From: a virus
Lineage: Duplodnaviria > Caudoviricetes
Reading direction: 5' to 3' (one strand)
Length of the DNA stretch: 64,000 nt
Virus record (IMG/VR): IMGVR_UViG_3300027914_001343
Coordinates: 32,001-96,000 of that record
Shown: piece by piece, positions 10,408 through 19,807 of the stretch
Layout of the letters: every line of letters begins with the position of its first letter
Position numbering within the stretch: position 1 is the stretch's first letter
The notes under the pieces: generated by a model
Databases searched by the model: none
What the model was told of the DNA's origin: nothing
Seen by the model: only the letters and a program-made list of their open reading frames with translations
Translations under genes and position numbers: made by a program

Positions 10408-11709
10408 TTATGCTTGTTTGAGTTGTTCGGCCTTGAGGAAGAGCGTGTTCGACGCTAGGTCTTCAAGTTCCTGTTGAAGTTCTTCTTGCTCCAGCCGCTT
10501 ACGCTGGGAGCGACTGATCCAGCCCCAGAGGACGCTGAAGAGTTGGAGACGATCTTTCACGTCTTCTTCTTGCGCTTCGAGGAGCACAATATCTTCCATG
10601 ATGGATTTCTTTTCTTCTTCCTTCAGCTTCGGTTGCTTCAAGCACTCCATCAGCTGATTCTTGATTCGCTTCAAACGAACGCCTGGGCGATCGTATGTGC
10701 CGTCACCAGGAAGATCGATGAGGATCAACAGCAACCAAGTAAAGATGCCAAGTTTACCGATAGCTGCCAGAATACCAGCAGGGCCAGAAACAGCAACAAA
10801 GACAAGGGAACCAACCAAGATAATGAGCTTGACAGCTTCCATCACGAAATACTCGAAAGTATTACGGAAGGAAATATTGCCGGAGCTACGCATGAGTTTT
10901 TCGAGCGCGATGTGGAGATCACGTCCAGCACCATGACGAACTGCAAACTGATCAGCAAGCTGTTCCCAGTTATTTGCGTCGTAGATATTGGAGCCGATTT
11001 CTGACGTGGCTTCTTTGATCGCAGAGCTAATAACGACAGTGGATACAACCTTCAAGTCGTTGGACTTAGAAAGCTTCGCGACATCGAGATCAGAAAGCTT
11101 CAAGGCCTTCTTGGCTGACATCAGAACCACTTCACGTTCTGCAGGATCGTTGGTCTTTTCCATAGTGCGCGCAATACCGGCGAGCACTTGGTTGGTAGTC
11201 ACGGTGCGGGAGATGAACTCGAAGTATGTGAAGAGATGTCCGATTTCATGCAGCATCATAGCTGCACATTCAGAAGCTGTGTATTTCTGTTCCACGAGCA
11301 TTTCGGTTGGGAAGTACAGTTTGTAACCTACTTCGCCAAAGATACCAGTTACTTTGCTGTTGCGCAAGTTTACGCTACCGCGCACAAGTCCTTCTGCGTT
11401 AGCCACCATACGACGACCATCATCGTTGTTGAGGAAGTTCTTCACAAAGCTACCAACAAGCACGTTGTTCTTGTTGATATCTGGAATAGCGACAGCCGGC
11501 GAATGCTCACCCTCAGTCGGCGTAAACATAATGGTGATGCCGGTATGGGACTTCACACATTTTTCGATAGCGTTGTTGATTTCGCTATCTTCGACGTCTT
11601 TCTTTTTCAGACTTTTGAAGTTCTGAAAATAAATCTGGAGCTCTTTAAAGAGGACGCCATCTTGGAAAGCGATCTCTTCGCGAGCGTAGTTTTTGAATAG
11701 ACCACGCAT
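10408..11709 (-). CDS. virion protein with zincin HExxH motif and TM helices (phiKZ gp84-like)
   Basis: LHEIGH plus downstream EQLADQFA (M48-like third-ligand motif). Two hydrophobic segments. Confidence 0.6.
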   Translation of the reverse strand: MRGLFKNYAREEIAFQDGVLFKELQIYFQNFKSLKKKDVEDSEINNAIEKCVKSHTGITIMFTPTEGEHSPAVAIPDINKNNVLVGSFVKNFLNNDDGRRMVANAEGLVRGSVNLRNSKVTGIFGEVGYKLYFPTEMLVEQKYTASECAAMMLHEIGHLFTYFEFISRTVTTNQVLAGIARTMEKTNDPAEREVVLMSAKKALKLSDLDVAKLSKSNDLKVVSTVVISSAIKEATSEIGSNIYDANNWEQLADQFAVRHGAGRDLHIALEKLMRSSGNISFRNTFEYFVMEAVKLIILVGSLVFVAVSGPAGILAAIGKLGIFTWLLLILIDLPGDGTYDRPGVRLKRIKNQLMECLKQPKLKEEEKKSIMEDIVLLEAQEEDVKDRLQLFSVLWGWISRSQRKRLEQEELQQELEDLASNTLFLKAEQLKQA

Positions 11710-11812
11710 GGCAAAATTCCTATTTCAAGTGCAAAAATAGACATGCCAGAATTTACACACTTGGTGAATTATCTGGCCTATGATTTCATAGGTATTAACG
11801 TCGGAGCAAACA

Positions 11813-13480
11813 ATGTCTCAAAGAAAAGTGATCGGTCACGAATGTCGTTTTTCGGTTTTTTGCGGTAAGCCTGAAGGACAAGACGCAGACCTCCACACTA
11901 TCAAGCTTTTGACTCACTATGACGACGGCACTAAAGAGCCAACTTTCCACACCGTAAGGAATTTTAATCGCCCATTTTGGGTTACAAAGAAAGCTTTTCG
12001 AAACCACAATGACAAAAAAGAATGGGAAATGCTTGACAAAGTAAGTGAGTTTAAATCAACACAATCCAATCTTCCGCGAGCTATTGCTAATGCTCTTGGT
12101 GAATCTTGGAAGACCGGTGACGTTCGACAACTCGCAAAGAGCCCATATCTCTACGGAGCGGACATTCTGTCTACTGCTGTGATTAAGCAAACATATGCGG
12201 ACAAGTACCCCGGTCTCAGCACACCCTACACGATGGCGCCGTTTGATACGGAAACCGACGTCATCATGGGACACGGCCAAGTAATAATGGCTACGATCTC
12301 ATTTAAGGAACGCGTCTTTACAGCTGTCCAGAAATCGTTTGTTGCTGGCTTGTCTGATGTGGAACGTCGCACACACGAACTCCTCATCAAGTATCTCGGT
12401 GAATATGTTGAAAAACGCAAGATCAAATGGGAACTTCGGTTTGTTGAAACTGAAGGTGATGTGATCGTTGACACGTTTAAGAAAGCGCACGAATGGGGTC
12501 CTGATTTCCTTGCTATCTGGAATATGAACTTCGATATTCCAAAAGCTATTGAGGCTCTCGAAAATGCAGGCATCAATCCTGCCGACGTCTTCTCAAACCC
12601 AGCGGTTCCTGAAGCCTATCGTTTCTACAAATACAAGCAAGGCCCGAAGCAGAAGGTAACTGCGTCAGGGAAAGTCACACCCATCAAACCAGCTGACCAA
12701 TGGCACACTCTTTTTGCTCCTGCTGGCTTCTATGTGATTGACTCGATGTGTGTCTATCGCAAACTTCGTGTTGCTAACGGCGAAGAGCCTTCGTACGCTC
12801 TTGATGCTATCTTGAATAAAGAGCTCGGTATTCGGAAACTCAAGTTCAAAGAAGCGGACGGTTACAGTGGCATTGAATGGCACCAATTCATGCAGAAGAA
12901 CTACAAGCTCGAATACATCATCTACAACGTGTTCGACTGTGTTTCTATGGAAGAGCTCGATGAAAAGACGCTGGATCTTTCCATTGCGATGCCAATGCAG
13001 TCTGGTTGTTCTGACTTCAGTAACTTCAAGTCACAGCCAAGAAGAACTGCCGATGCACTCCATTACTTTACTCTTGCAAACGGTAAAGTATTTGGGACTA
13101 CCTGTGATGACATGACTACTGAACTTGACCAGGAGACGCTTGGTCTTGAAGGATGGATTGTTACGCTGCCAGCACATTTGGTTGCAGATAACGGACTTCG
13201 TTGTATTGAAGAAGATCCTAATCTGCGAACCAATATTCGCGCTCACGTAGGGGATTTGGATGTGTCGGCATCTTATCCTAATGGCGAATGCGTATTCAAT
13301 GTCTCGAAAGAGACCACGAAACGTGAACTCTGTAAGGTAGAAGGAGTGTCTGAGTTCACACAACGCATGCAGGGTATCAATCTGTCTGCTGGTCCTTCTA
13401 ATGCAGTTGAGTTCTGCACGACCATGTTCAAACTACCTACCTTTGGGCAGTTGCTCGAGGAGTTTACTGAGAGGCGATAA
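11813..13480 (+). CDS. family-B DNA polymerase, N-terminal half: 3'-5' exonuclease plus motif A (phiKZ gp82-like)
   Basis: ExoI FDTETD, ExoII WNMNFD, ExoIII YNVFD, motif A DLDVSASYP. Confidence 0.85.
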   Translation: MSQRKVIGHECRFSVFCGKPEGQDADLHTIKLLTHYDDGTKEPTFHTVRNFNRPFWVTKKAFRNHNDKKEWEMLDKVSEFKSTQSNLPRAIANALGESWKTGDVRQLAKSPYLYGADILSTAVIKQTYADKYPGLSTPYTMAPFDTETDVIMGHGQVIMATISFKERVFTAVQKSFVAGLSDVERRTHELLIKYLGEYVEKRKIKWELRFVETEGDVIVDTFKKAHEWGPDFLAIWNMNFDIPKAIEALENAGINPADVFSNPAVPEAYRFYKYKQGPKQKVTASGKVTPIKPADQWHTLFAPAGFYVIDSMCVYRKLRVANGEEPSYALDAILNKELGIRKLKFKEADGYSGIEWHQFMQKNYKLEYIIYNVFDCVSMEELDEKTLDLSIAMPMQSGCSDFSNFKSQPRRTADALHYFTLANGKVFGTTCDDMTTELDQETLGLEGWIVTLPAHLVADNGLRCIEEDPNLRTNIRAHVGDLDVSASYPNGECVFNVSKETTKRELCKVEGVSEFTQRMQGINLSAGPSNAVEFCTTMFKLPTFGQLLEEFTERR

Positions 13481-13797
13481 TGCTGGTTCAATATTACAAA
13501 GTGGTTGCTAACATCAGCAAAGCAGCTCCTGGACAGGCTGTAATGATGTCAAACGAAACTGATGAAATTGCTGGTTTTATTGTTGATGTCTTTACTGAAA
13601 GCAGTGAAATCTCTATTTGCCTTTTCAATCCGACTAGGCTTGGTAATTTTGAGCGCACTGTTCTTGCTAAGGAGCTTACCAACAAAGAAGTTTTTGCTTT
13701 ATTGGATAAAAGCAAGGAAGCAAATCCAGCAACTAAGCAGATGTGGGATAGCTGGTTTGGCTTTAACTTCATGCCACCAACTAGTAGTCTTCACTAA
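13480..13797 (+). CDS. hypothetical protein
   Basis: 105 aa, TAATG-coupled to the polymerase gene, GAGG SD. Confidence 0.6.
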   Translation: MLVQYYKVVANISKAAPGQAVMMSNETDEIAGFIVDVFTESSEISICLFNPTRLGNFERTVLAKELTNKEVFALLDKSKEANPATKQMWDSWFGFNFMPPTSSLH

Positions 13798-13801
13798 GCA
13801 G

Positions 13802-13835
13802 CATAATTCGGGAGCCTACGGGCTCCCGAATTATG
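13802..13835. terminator. bidirectional hairpin terminator
   Basis: cataattcgggagcc-tacg-ggctcccgaattatg between convergent genes. Confidence 0.8.
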
Positions 13836-13842
13836 ACGCTAT

Positions 13843-14424
13843 TTACCACTTAGTCCAATTAGGTTCTTTGGGTTGATGGTGTGATTCCAACGCATGGATC
13901 TTCTTGAGGCCTGCTTCAACTCGTTGAGTGATCTTGATCTGTTTCAGGATTTCAATTCGGAAATGATACACAAAAGCCCAATGGCTGCCGAGACCGTCAT
14001 TAATTGCTTTATATGTTTTCTCGATAAGTTCATCGATTGTCCATTTTTCAAACACCATTCCGTCACCTTCCGACGCGTAACGATTGTCTGGTGCAAACTC
14101 TTTTGCTTTTGCAACTACTGCTACTTGTAGTTCTTCTTCGATTCCTATCGAACGCAACCATCCTTGCTCGTCGACGATATAGAGCGTGCTTAGTCCTGAA
14201 GGTGCACACACGCGTGGGTCAGTAATTACCCAGCCAGCTTCTTCTGCTGTTTCTCTTACAGCTGCAGCTAAAACAATTTCATCCTTATCCACACCACCGC
14301 CAGGGAGACAAGGAAGATTGTCCGGTGGTAGTTTTGCAACAAGAATCATGTTGTCTTCGGTCAGAGCAAAAACTTCTACTCTGGTACGACGTTTCTTTCC
14401 GTCTATTAACTCAAAATGTTCCAT
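13843..14424 (-). CDS. Nudix hydrolase
   Basis: Nudix box GGGVDKDEIVLAAAVRETAEEAGW. AAACAAGGGG SD. Confidence 0.9.
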   Translation of the reverse strand: MEHFELIDGKKRRTRVEVFALTEDNMILVAKLPPDNLPCLPGGGVDKDEIVLAAAVRETAEEAGWVITDPRVCAPSGLSTLYIVDEQGWLRSIGIEEELQVAVVAKAKEFAPDNRYASEGDGMVFEKWTIDELIEKTYKAINDGLGSHWAFVYHFRIEILKQIKITQRVEAGLKKIHALESHHQPKEPNWTKW

Positions 14425-14501
14425 GTTTAATTCCCCTTGTTTAACATAAAATGCAAAAAAAAAAGAGGGGTTGTTAAGCCCCTGCTCTCATACCTGCGAC
14501 G

Positions 14502-14807
14502 TTAGTCGTCAGGTTCAGTTGCATTTTCCTGTTCTTCAAGGTTGCGATAGAACTCTTCCATGATGACGTCATTCTCAGTAGCGTCAGGATTCGGAATGAA
14601 TGTTGTATGTACGTAACATTCCTCTTCCTCAACATCTGGATCATCCTCTTCCTCAAAAGGAAGTTCTGATTCCGGCTGATCATTTACGCCATTGTAATCG
14701 GGTACGTTTGGCGCGATATCTTCAGCTACCTCGAGTTCTTCTTGCGGCTGATCTTCAGTATAAGTTTCAACCACTTCACCATTTTCTTCGATAATGCTTT
14801 CTTGCAT
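14502..14807 (-). CDS. very acidic small protein
   Basis: 101 aa, D/E-rich, no Lys and one Arg. AAGGA SD. Confidence 0.65.
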   Translation of the reverse strand: MQESIIEENGEVVETYTEDQPQEELEVAEDIAPNVPDYNGVNDQPESELPFEEEDDPDVEEEECYVHTTFIPNPDATENDVIMEEFYRNLEEQENATEPDD

Positions 14808-14810
14808 GAT

Positions 14811-15344
14811 TCAATCCTTGATAATAAGGTTTAAAGGTGTTTCCGCAGCCGCATCAATTTCCTCCTGTGTGAACAGGGCCCGATAGCTATTGTTTTTGGC
14901 TGCGTTATTAATTACAATCATGTAAAGCTTACCACCCTCACGGGCTTCATTTACCAAAGTTGTGAGCCGCGCGGATGCGGAATTATATTGTTTTGCATTG
15001 TCGATGTATTCGTAATACCAATCGAAGTATTTACAAGCATCGGCAAAAGATTGAATATCTGTGATCTTTTTTCTTGCTTCTTCGGCATTACGCTGGAAGA
15101 GTTCCGTTCTTTCGAGCACGCGACTTGTGATGTAAGGATCTACTGCACGAATCATTGCATCAGTAGCTTCGTGTTGAAAACTACGTAGTGAGGACGGTCC
15201 GCCCTTAATTGCTACCTCAAGCAATTGCTTTTCTTTTCGTGACCGTTTAATAAATTCATAGAAACTGTCAGCAACATACGACCATGTATGCGCGAGGAGG
15301 TCGCTGTAGAAACGGCTCTCATCAAAGTCAATTGTTTTTTTCAT
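14811..15344 (-). CDS. hypothetical protein (early)
   Basis: 177 aa, downstream of an early-type promoter motif. Confidence 0.65.
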   Translation of the reverse strand: MKKTIDFDESRFYSDLLAHTWSYVADSFYEFIKRSRKEKQLLEVAIKGGPSSLRSFQHEATDAMIRAVDPYITSRVLERTELFQRNAEEARKKITDIQSFADACKYFDWYYEYIDNAKQYNSASARLTTLVNEAREGGKLYMIVINNAAKNNSYRALFTQEEIDAAAETPLNLIIKD

Positions 15345-15400
15345 TCTATCACCTTCGGATTAATGATTAAGAAAATAGAGGATTTTTTGACGCCCTCTGT

Positions 15401-15429
15401 ACATTAGTAATAAGTGTTTGAAATATTTT
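15401..15429 (-). promoter_or_regulatory. early (virion-RNAP-type) promoter motif
   Basis: Minus strand AAAATATTTCAAACACTTATTACTAATGT. Resembles the phiKZ early TATATTAC consensus and the copies at 31.2, 36.8 and 44.9 kb. Confidence 0.6.
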
Positions 15430-15436
15430 AGGATGC

Positions 15437-15473
15437 GTCATACAGGCAGGGTTTTTTACCCTGCCTGTATGAC
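15437..15473. terminator. hairpin terminator
   Basis: 16-bp inverted repeat gtcatacaggcagggt / accctgcctgtatgac at the end of 15473-17017. Confidence 0.8.
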
Positions 15474-17017
15474 TAACTTATTGCTTCTTTAACCCAATTA
15501 GAATTGTAAGCTCTGTGAAGTTCTTTCAGCAAAGCTCTAGTTTCTTCCTGTTTTACTTTCAGTTCTTTCTTGTCAGCACTTGATAAACCATCATGCTTTT
15601 CAGATACCTCCAAAGTCCTAAGCATCATCCTGCAGGCAAACTCAAATAAACCCACAGACCTGCCAACTAAACCTATAACCTTAATTGTAAGGTTAGCCAG
15701 TTTTGTTTTTACATGGAAGAACTTAACCCATTCTGCAGAAACTTCACGATAGACCCTAGTGCAGCCAAATCCAGTATCTCTGGTTTCTTCTATACGCTCT
15801 TGGGCTCGATCAAAAACCTTAAGGTTCTGACGCGTTGTATTAAAAATAAAAGTAAATTTATCTAAGTTGCCATTTAAGTCTTTTGTGAATTTGCTATTAT
15901 TATCACTGGCCCATTCATAAAGTCGCTCAGCTGCGTCTTCAAACTTTCTAATATTTGTACTCACGTCATGGAACTTACGCGCTGCCTTTTCCTCTCCTTC
16001 TTTAAAGTCTTCATAGACAGCATGCAATTCATTAAGCATTTTGTTAAATTCTTCAGTACGAGCCAGAGCACTTAATGAATCTGATTTAAGAGGTAAAAGA
16101 TACTTTTCATAACCTTTTGCAAACTGCCTAAGCAAAGCTGCGGCTCCCTCGTTCTCTACTTCGCTTTCAACGGATTCTTTTGTCAGCCTAATGCGATTAC
16201 GAACAAGGTCGAAAGAAATAAAACCTGATTCAGTTGAAATGAAGACTAACTTTCCCTCAGGATCATACGTGTATTCGTTACAAATTATTCCAGGCTCCTT
16301 GATAATTTGCTCGACAGCTGCATGGCCCATAGCAACTAACTGCTCATTAGCTTTATCAAGCGCACGAAAGACATCGTTAATTTTATCTTCTTCTTTCTCC
16401 ACCTCAGGAATTATTTTCATAGTTTTTTCAATAAAAGCCTTACTTACTTTCTGCATGGCTGGCTCGTTGTCAATAAAAACAAACATCCAGTCTTTGAAGT
16501 GGCTTCCATAATCTTTAAGCATTTCTGACTTGATGAAATTTTCGAAATTTTCGACTTCTTTTTTAGTATTATTTATTGTTGTTTCCAGCTCCCGGAATGT
16601 CCTGGTATTTTTCATCATTACTTTAATGGCTTCGGGCGACGATTGCGGCGGAACGCTCGGAGCGCTACTCCCGCCGCCGCCTCCGCCACCGCCGCCCCCA
16701 CCACCAGACCCAATACCGCACCAGTCCAGTATCTTAATGAAGATAGCAATAACTGCAGCTATGCCGGCAGCTATCAAACCAACCACTAAAGTTTTATGCA
16801 TTTCAAGAGCTACTGAAATCTTCTCAGACTTAGTAAGATTTGAATAATGGGCTTCTAGTACCATCCTTGTCCCAATAGCGTTATCTGATTCAAAAGAGAT
16901 GGTTCTATTAACTCCATTTTCTACAATAGCTTTCTGGACATTACAAGAAAATTCAAGTTTTGAAACAATACGCCCAAGGGATTCAATCCCTAATTCGAGT
17001 TCAGTTTCTGTAGACAT
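15473..17017 (-). CDS. processed head/ejection protein paralog (hydrophobic helix plus poly-Gly)
   Basis: 514 aa. VALE site, then LVVGLIAAGIAAVIAIFIKILDWCG-IGSGGGGGGGGGGGGS. AT-rich coding. Confidence 0.55.
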   Translation of the reverse strand: MSTETELELGIESLGRIVSKLEFSCNVQKAIVENGVNRTISFESDNAIGTRMVLEAHYSNLTKSEKISVALEMHKTLVVGLIAAGIAAVIAIFIKILDWCGIGSGGGGGGGGGGGGSSAPSVPPQSSPEAIKVMMKNTRTFRELETTINNTKKEVENFENFIKSEMLKDYGSHFKDWMFVFIDNEPAMQKVSKAFIEKTMKIIPEVEKEEDKINDVFRALDKANEQLVAMGHAAVEQIIKEPGIICNEYTYDPEGKLVFISTESGFISFDLVRNRIRLTKESVESEVENEGAAALLRQFAKGYEKYLLPLKSDSLSALARTEEFNKMLNELHAVYEDFKEGEEKAARKFHDVSTNIRKFEDAAERLYEWASDNNSKFTKDLNGNLDKFTFIFNTTRQNLKVFDRAQERIEETRDTGFGCTRVYREVSAEWVKFFHVKTKLANLTIKVIGLVGRSVGLFEFACRMMLRTLEVSEKHDGLSSADKKELKVKQEETRALLKELHRAYNSNWVKEAIS

Positions 17018-17029
17018 TTTTTTTTTATC

Positions 17030-17683
17030 CTAAATTTTGTTGAACAAACAGTAACGATCCCAAAAGACACGACGCTCTTTATAACCAATAGCATCACCAA
17101 TCTTTTCTGTCTTACGACCCATGTTAACCAGATCACAAGTGCCATCGAAATCACCGGCATCGGCTTTTGCGTTAGCGCCAGCGTCAGCCCAGTAACAAGC
17201 GCTTGCGCGACAACCTGTAAGCGGGTCTTGTAGAAGATCTGGATTACCTTCGAGGTTAACACCAAGTTTCAGTCCAATACGTTTTTGATTATCTTTTCCA
17301 GTAATCTGAATTGGGCCTTGCCCGCGATGCTTCCAACCATCTCCAGTACTGGCACCACCGTTACCCATGCGATCCGCATAAACAACATTGGCAATCAGTT
17401 TTGGATTCCTTGCAATGGATTTAGCTAAACCATTTGGTTTGCCGTCTTTCTCTTTGAAGCGCTTTGGCCAGGTCTTAGCAAGACCTTCTGCACTGTAGTT
17501 GAGATTTTCAACAAGAACGCTCATGCTAGCTGATTCGTGAGCCAGGTTAGCAAGAAACATACCAACTCGGTTCTTGGTATTGATTTCAAATTCATTCATT
17601 GCAGATATCAGTGGTTTCACATACTTTTCAGCACGCTCTTTTGGCATCTGCATTACAAACATCAGTTCTTCTACGGTGATCAT
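17030..17683 (-). CDS. glycoside hydrolase family 19 endolysin
   Basis: FLANLAHES, ENLNYSAEGL, GDGWKHRGQGPIQITGKDN motifs. Start moved to ATG 17683, because a terminator lies in the upstream extension. Confidence 0.9.
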   Translation of the reverse strand: MITVEELMFVMQMPKERAEKYVKPLISAMNEFEINTKNRVGMFLANLAHESASMSVLVENLNYSAEGLAKTWPKRFKEKDGKPNGLAKSIARNPKLIANVVYADRMGNGGASTGDGWKHRGQGPIQITGKDNQKRIGLKLGVNLEGNPDLLQDPLTGCRASACYWADAGANAKADAGDFDGTCDLVNMGRKTEKIGDAIGYKERRVFWDRYCLFNKI

Positions 17684-17727
17684 TTCTTTAGCCTCATTAT
17701 TCTTAAACCATAAAATTACGTCATAGA

Positions 17728-17749
17728 AGCCTGGGGGAAACCCCAGGCT
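17728..17749 (-). terminator. hairpin terminator
   Basis: agcctgggg-gaaa-ccccaggct after 17766-18437. Confidence 0.7.
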
Positions 17750-17765
17750 ATTTCTGACACCGGCG

Positions 17766-18437
17766 TTAACCGATATTGTAGAACGCATGCAGCTTGTTGC
17801 GCCCTTGTTCAGTAACACCGAACTGGAGCGTGGCAACGATGTTGATCTGCTTCAGCGCCAGACCACGGCCTTGCGGATCAGCAGTAGCGATCATCAGATG
17901 CATCAAACGTTGGAAGCCTTGCAGGTCGTCAGGATTCAGCGGCATGTCGGGCACGAAACGGAAAGCGTGACGAATGCCAAAGACACCGTTACGATGTTCG
18001 TGCACGAGTTCCAGAATCTTTTCCCAGACGAGATCGAAATCGTCATCGAGGTTGTTGATGGCGTTTTGCATGGCACGGTACAAGTGTACCTGGTTGAACG
18101 GACCATTGGCTTGCGGCTTACCGGGTTGCATTGCTTCGATGTACGATTTGAAGTCAGCAATGACGCTAGCACCGGCTTTGCTGAGATTGGACATCCAGCC
18201 TTCGGTTTCAGGAACAGCTGGCACAACAGGAGCAGACGCTGCTTCTGCTACCGGAGCTGCTTCTTCGATCTTGTCGGCCGGTGCCGGAGTTTCAGCGGCC
18301 GAGGTTTCTTGTTGAACTTGCTGACCTTCGCCTTCGACTTCACCAGTTACTTGTTCCTGCAGTTCGTCCTGGTTGATTTCGGTTTTCGGCTTCTGGTTAG
18401 CCTGTTGTTGCGCAGCAGCGCGTGTTGCTTTCGACAT
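17766..18437 (-). CDS. conserved jumbo-phage protein with low-complexity N-terminus (phiKZ gp81 position)
   Basis: 223 aa with GAGG SD, an upstream TATG and biased codons. Confidence 0.65.
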   Translation of the reverse strand: MSKATRAAAQQQANQKPKTEINQDELQEQVTGEVEGEGQQVQQETSAAETPAPADKIEEAAPVAEAASAPVVPAVPETEGWMSNLSKAGASVIADFKSYIEAMQPGKPQANGPFNQVHLYRAMQNAINNLDDDFDLVWEKILELVHEHRNGVFGIRHAFRFVPDMPLNPDDLQGFQRLMHLMIATADPQGRGLALKQINIVATLQFGVTEQGRNKLHAFYNIG

Positions 18438-18490
18438 GTTCTTTCTTCCTCTAAGTTAAATAGGAGCTTTGCATACGATAGTAAAGCTAT

Positions 18491-19807
18491 TTAAAAAAAC
18501 TTTTCTCGCCAATTAAGACGCTTGACTTTCAAGTTCTTTGCGTGGGCTGCACTCATGAAGATGTAAAGGAAGGTACTGCCATATGCCGAAATAGCTGATG
18601 CCAAGGCAGTAGGATTGAGTGCCAAGCGTTCGCCAATACAGCAACGACAGTAATCGGTCTTATCAAGCTTACAAAACATTGGGGACCTAATCATTACTTT
18701 CTTACCAACATACTTCTTGAAAGTTTCTTCTGTGAGCTTTTCAGGGCCGCTAGAAGTAACCACGCTAAAACCTACGTACTTGTCTTTCAGTTCTTCTGTG
18801 AGATTGACCACATTGCCGAGCTTAGAGCCACAATCATCAGCAACAACGTTGATGTTGGACGCCACACGAAGTAACCACTTAACCGCTTCACCACCAAGAG
18901 CAGTCTGTGCGCCACGATTAAAAGAACCAGCACGAACAGAGTCCTGCATTTCAGGGAACTTATTAATATCCCATCCTTCGGACAGAGAGTTCTTGATAAG
19001 CGAAACATTTGGTTTGGAATCATCCAGCGGAGCCTCTGCACCATACATCAGGTACAGCTTACGGCGCACTGTGGTTCTGGACTTATCCGCAATCAAGAAG
19101 CCTTCAGAGATATCGCCCTTTAGGTACTCGGCATCATAAGCGATCAGCTTCGCATCAATCTGTGCAATTACTGCAGGATCGCCAAGACGATCCTTATTTT
19201 CTTCAAGGAGTTTCTTCTTGTACTCGGCAATACCTGGCGGAGGAAGAAGACTCTTAGGAGACGCAGCCGGGACACAGATCTGAGTGAAACCAGAAAGGTA
19301 GAACATCGAATCACAGAACTTCAGATATTCATCCACATAGATCGGGCCGCTTTCACGAGGTTTCCCTTCTTCTGGAATATCGGCTAGTCGTCTAGCAATC
19401 TGATCTTCAAGTGCGCCGACTTTAACACGTCCTTCAACGTAATCAATCTTGTCGCCAAGGGCATGAACAAGAACGATATAGTTAAAGAACAAATTACCGT
19501 AGGTGGTGTCGACATCTTTCTTAAGGTTAGGCACTTGACCTGCCTTGAGTTGGATACGGTCCTTAACAGCAAATGGAGGTGAGCCTGCTGGAGCATCCTC
19601 GATCTTTACCAGACTGTCGGCTTCATTAACACGATCAGGATCAACAAAGAAACTACCCATTTGGTTTTGTACAATCCGATATGGGTAAGGATCTGCTTTC
19701 CAGTCTTCAGGTCCTTCAGCAATATTACAGAACGCTGAGAATACCCATGCTCGACGGGTATAGCATTTATTCTGCATTGCCAGTAGGAAAAATTCAGCTC
19801 TTTTCAT
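18491..19807 (-). CDS. virion RNA polymerase beta' subunit fragment (phiKZ gp80-like)
   Basis: Bridge-helix-like GSFNRGAQTALGG, DDCGS, and RSPMFC..DYCRCCIG Zn motif homologous to the middle of RpoC. Confidence 0.85.
   Translation of the reverse strand: MKRAEFFLLAMQNKCYTRRAWVFSAFCNIAEGPEDWKADPYPYRIVQNQMGSFFVDPDRVNEADSLVKIEDAPAGSPPFAVKDRIQLKAGQVPNLKKDVDTTYGNLFFNYIVLVHALGDKIDYVEGRVKVGALEDQIARRLADIPEEGKPRESGPIYVDEYLKFCDSMFYLSGFTQICVPAASPKSLLPPPGIAEYKKKLLEENKDRLGDPAVIAQIDAKLIAYDAEYLKGDISEGFLIADKSRTTVRRKLYLMYGAEAPLDDSKPNVSLIKNSLSEGWDINKFPEMQDSVRAGSFNRGAQTALGGEAVKWLLRVASNINVVADDCGSKLGNVVNLTEELKDKYVGFSVVTSSGPEKLTEETFKKYVGKKVMIRSPMFCKLDKTDYCRCCIGERLALNPTALASAISAYGSTFLYIFMSAAHAKNLKVKRLNWREKFF

Noticed and set aside
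16670-16706. GC-rich (CCG/CCA)n run
   Set aside because: It simply encodes the poly-Gly linker.
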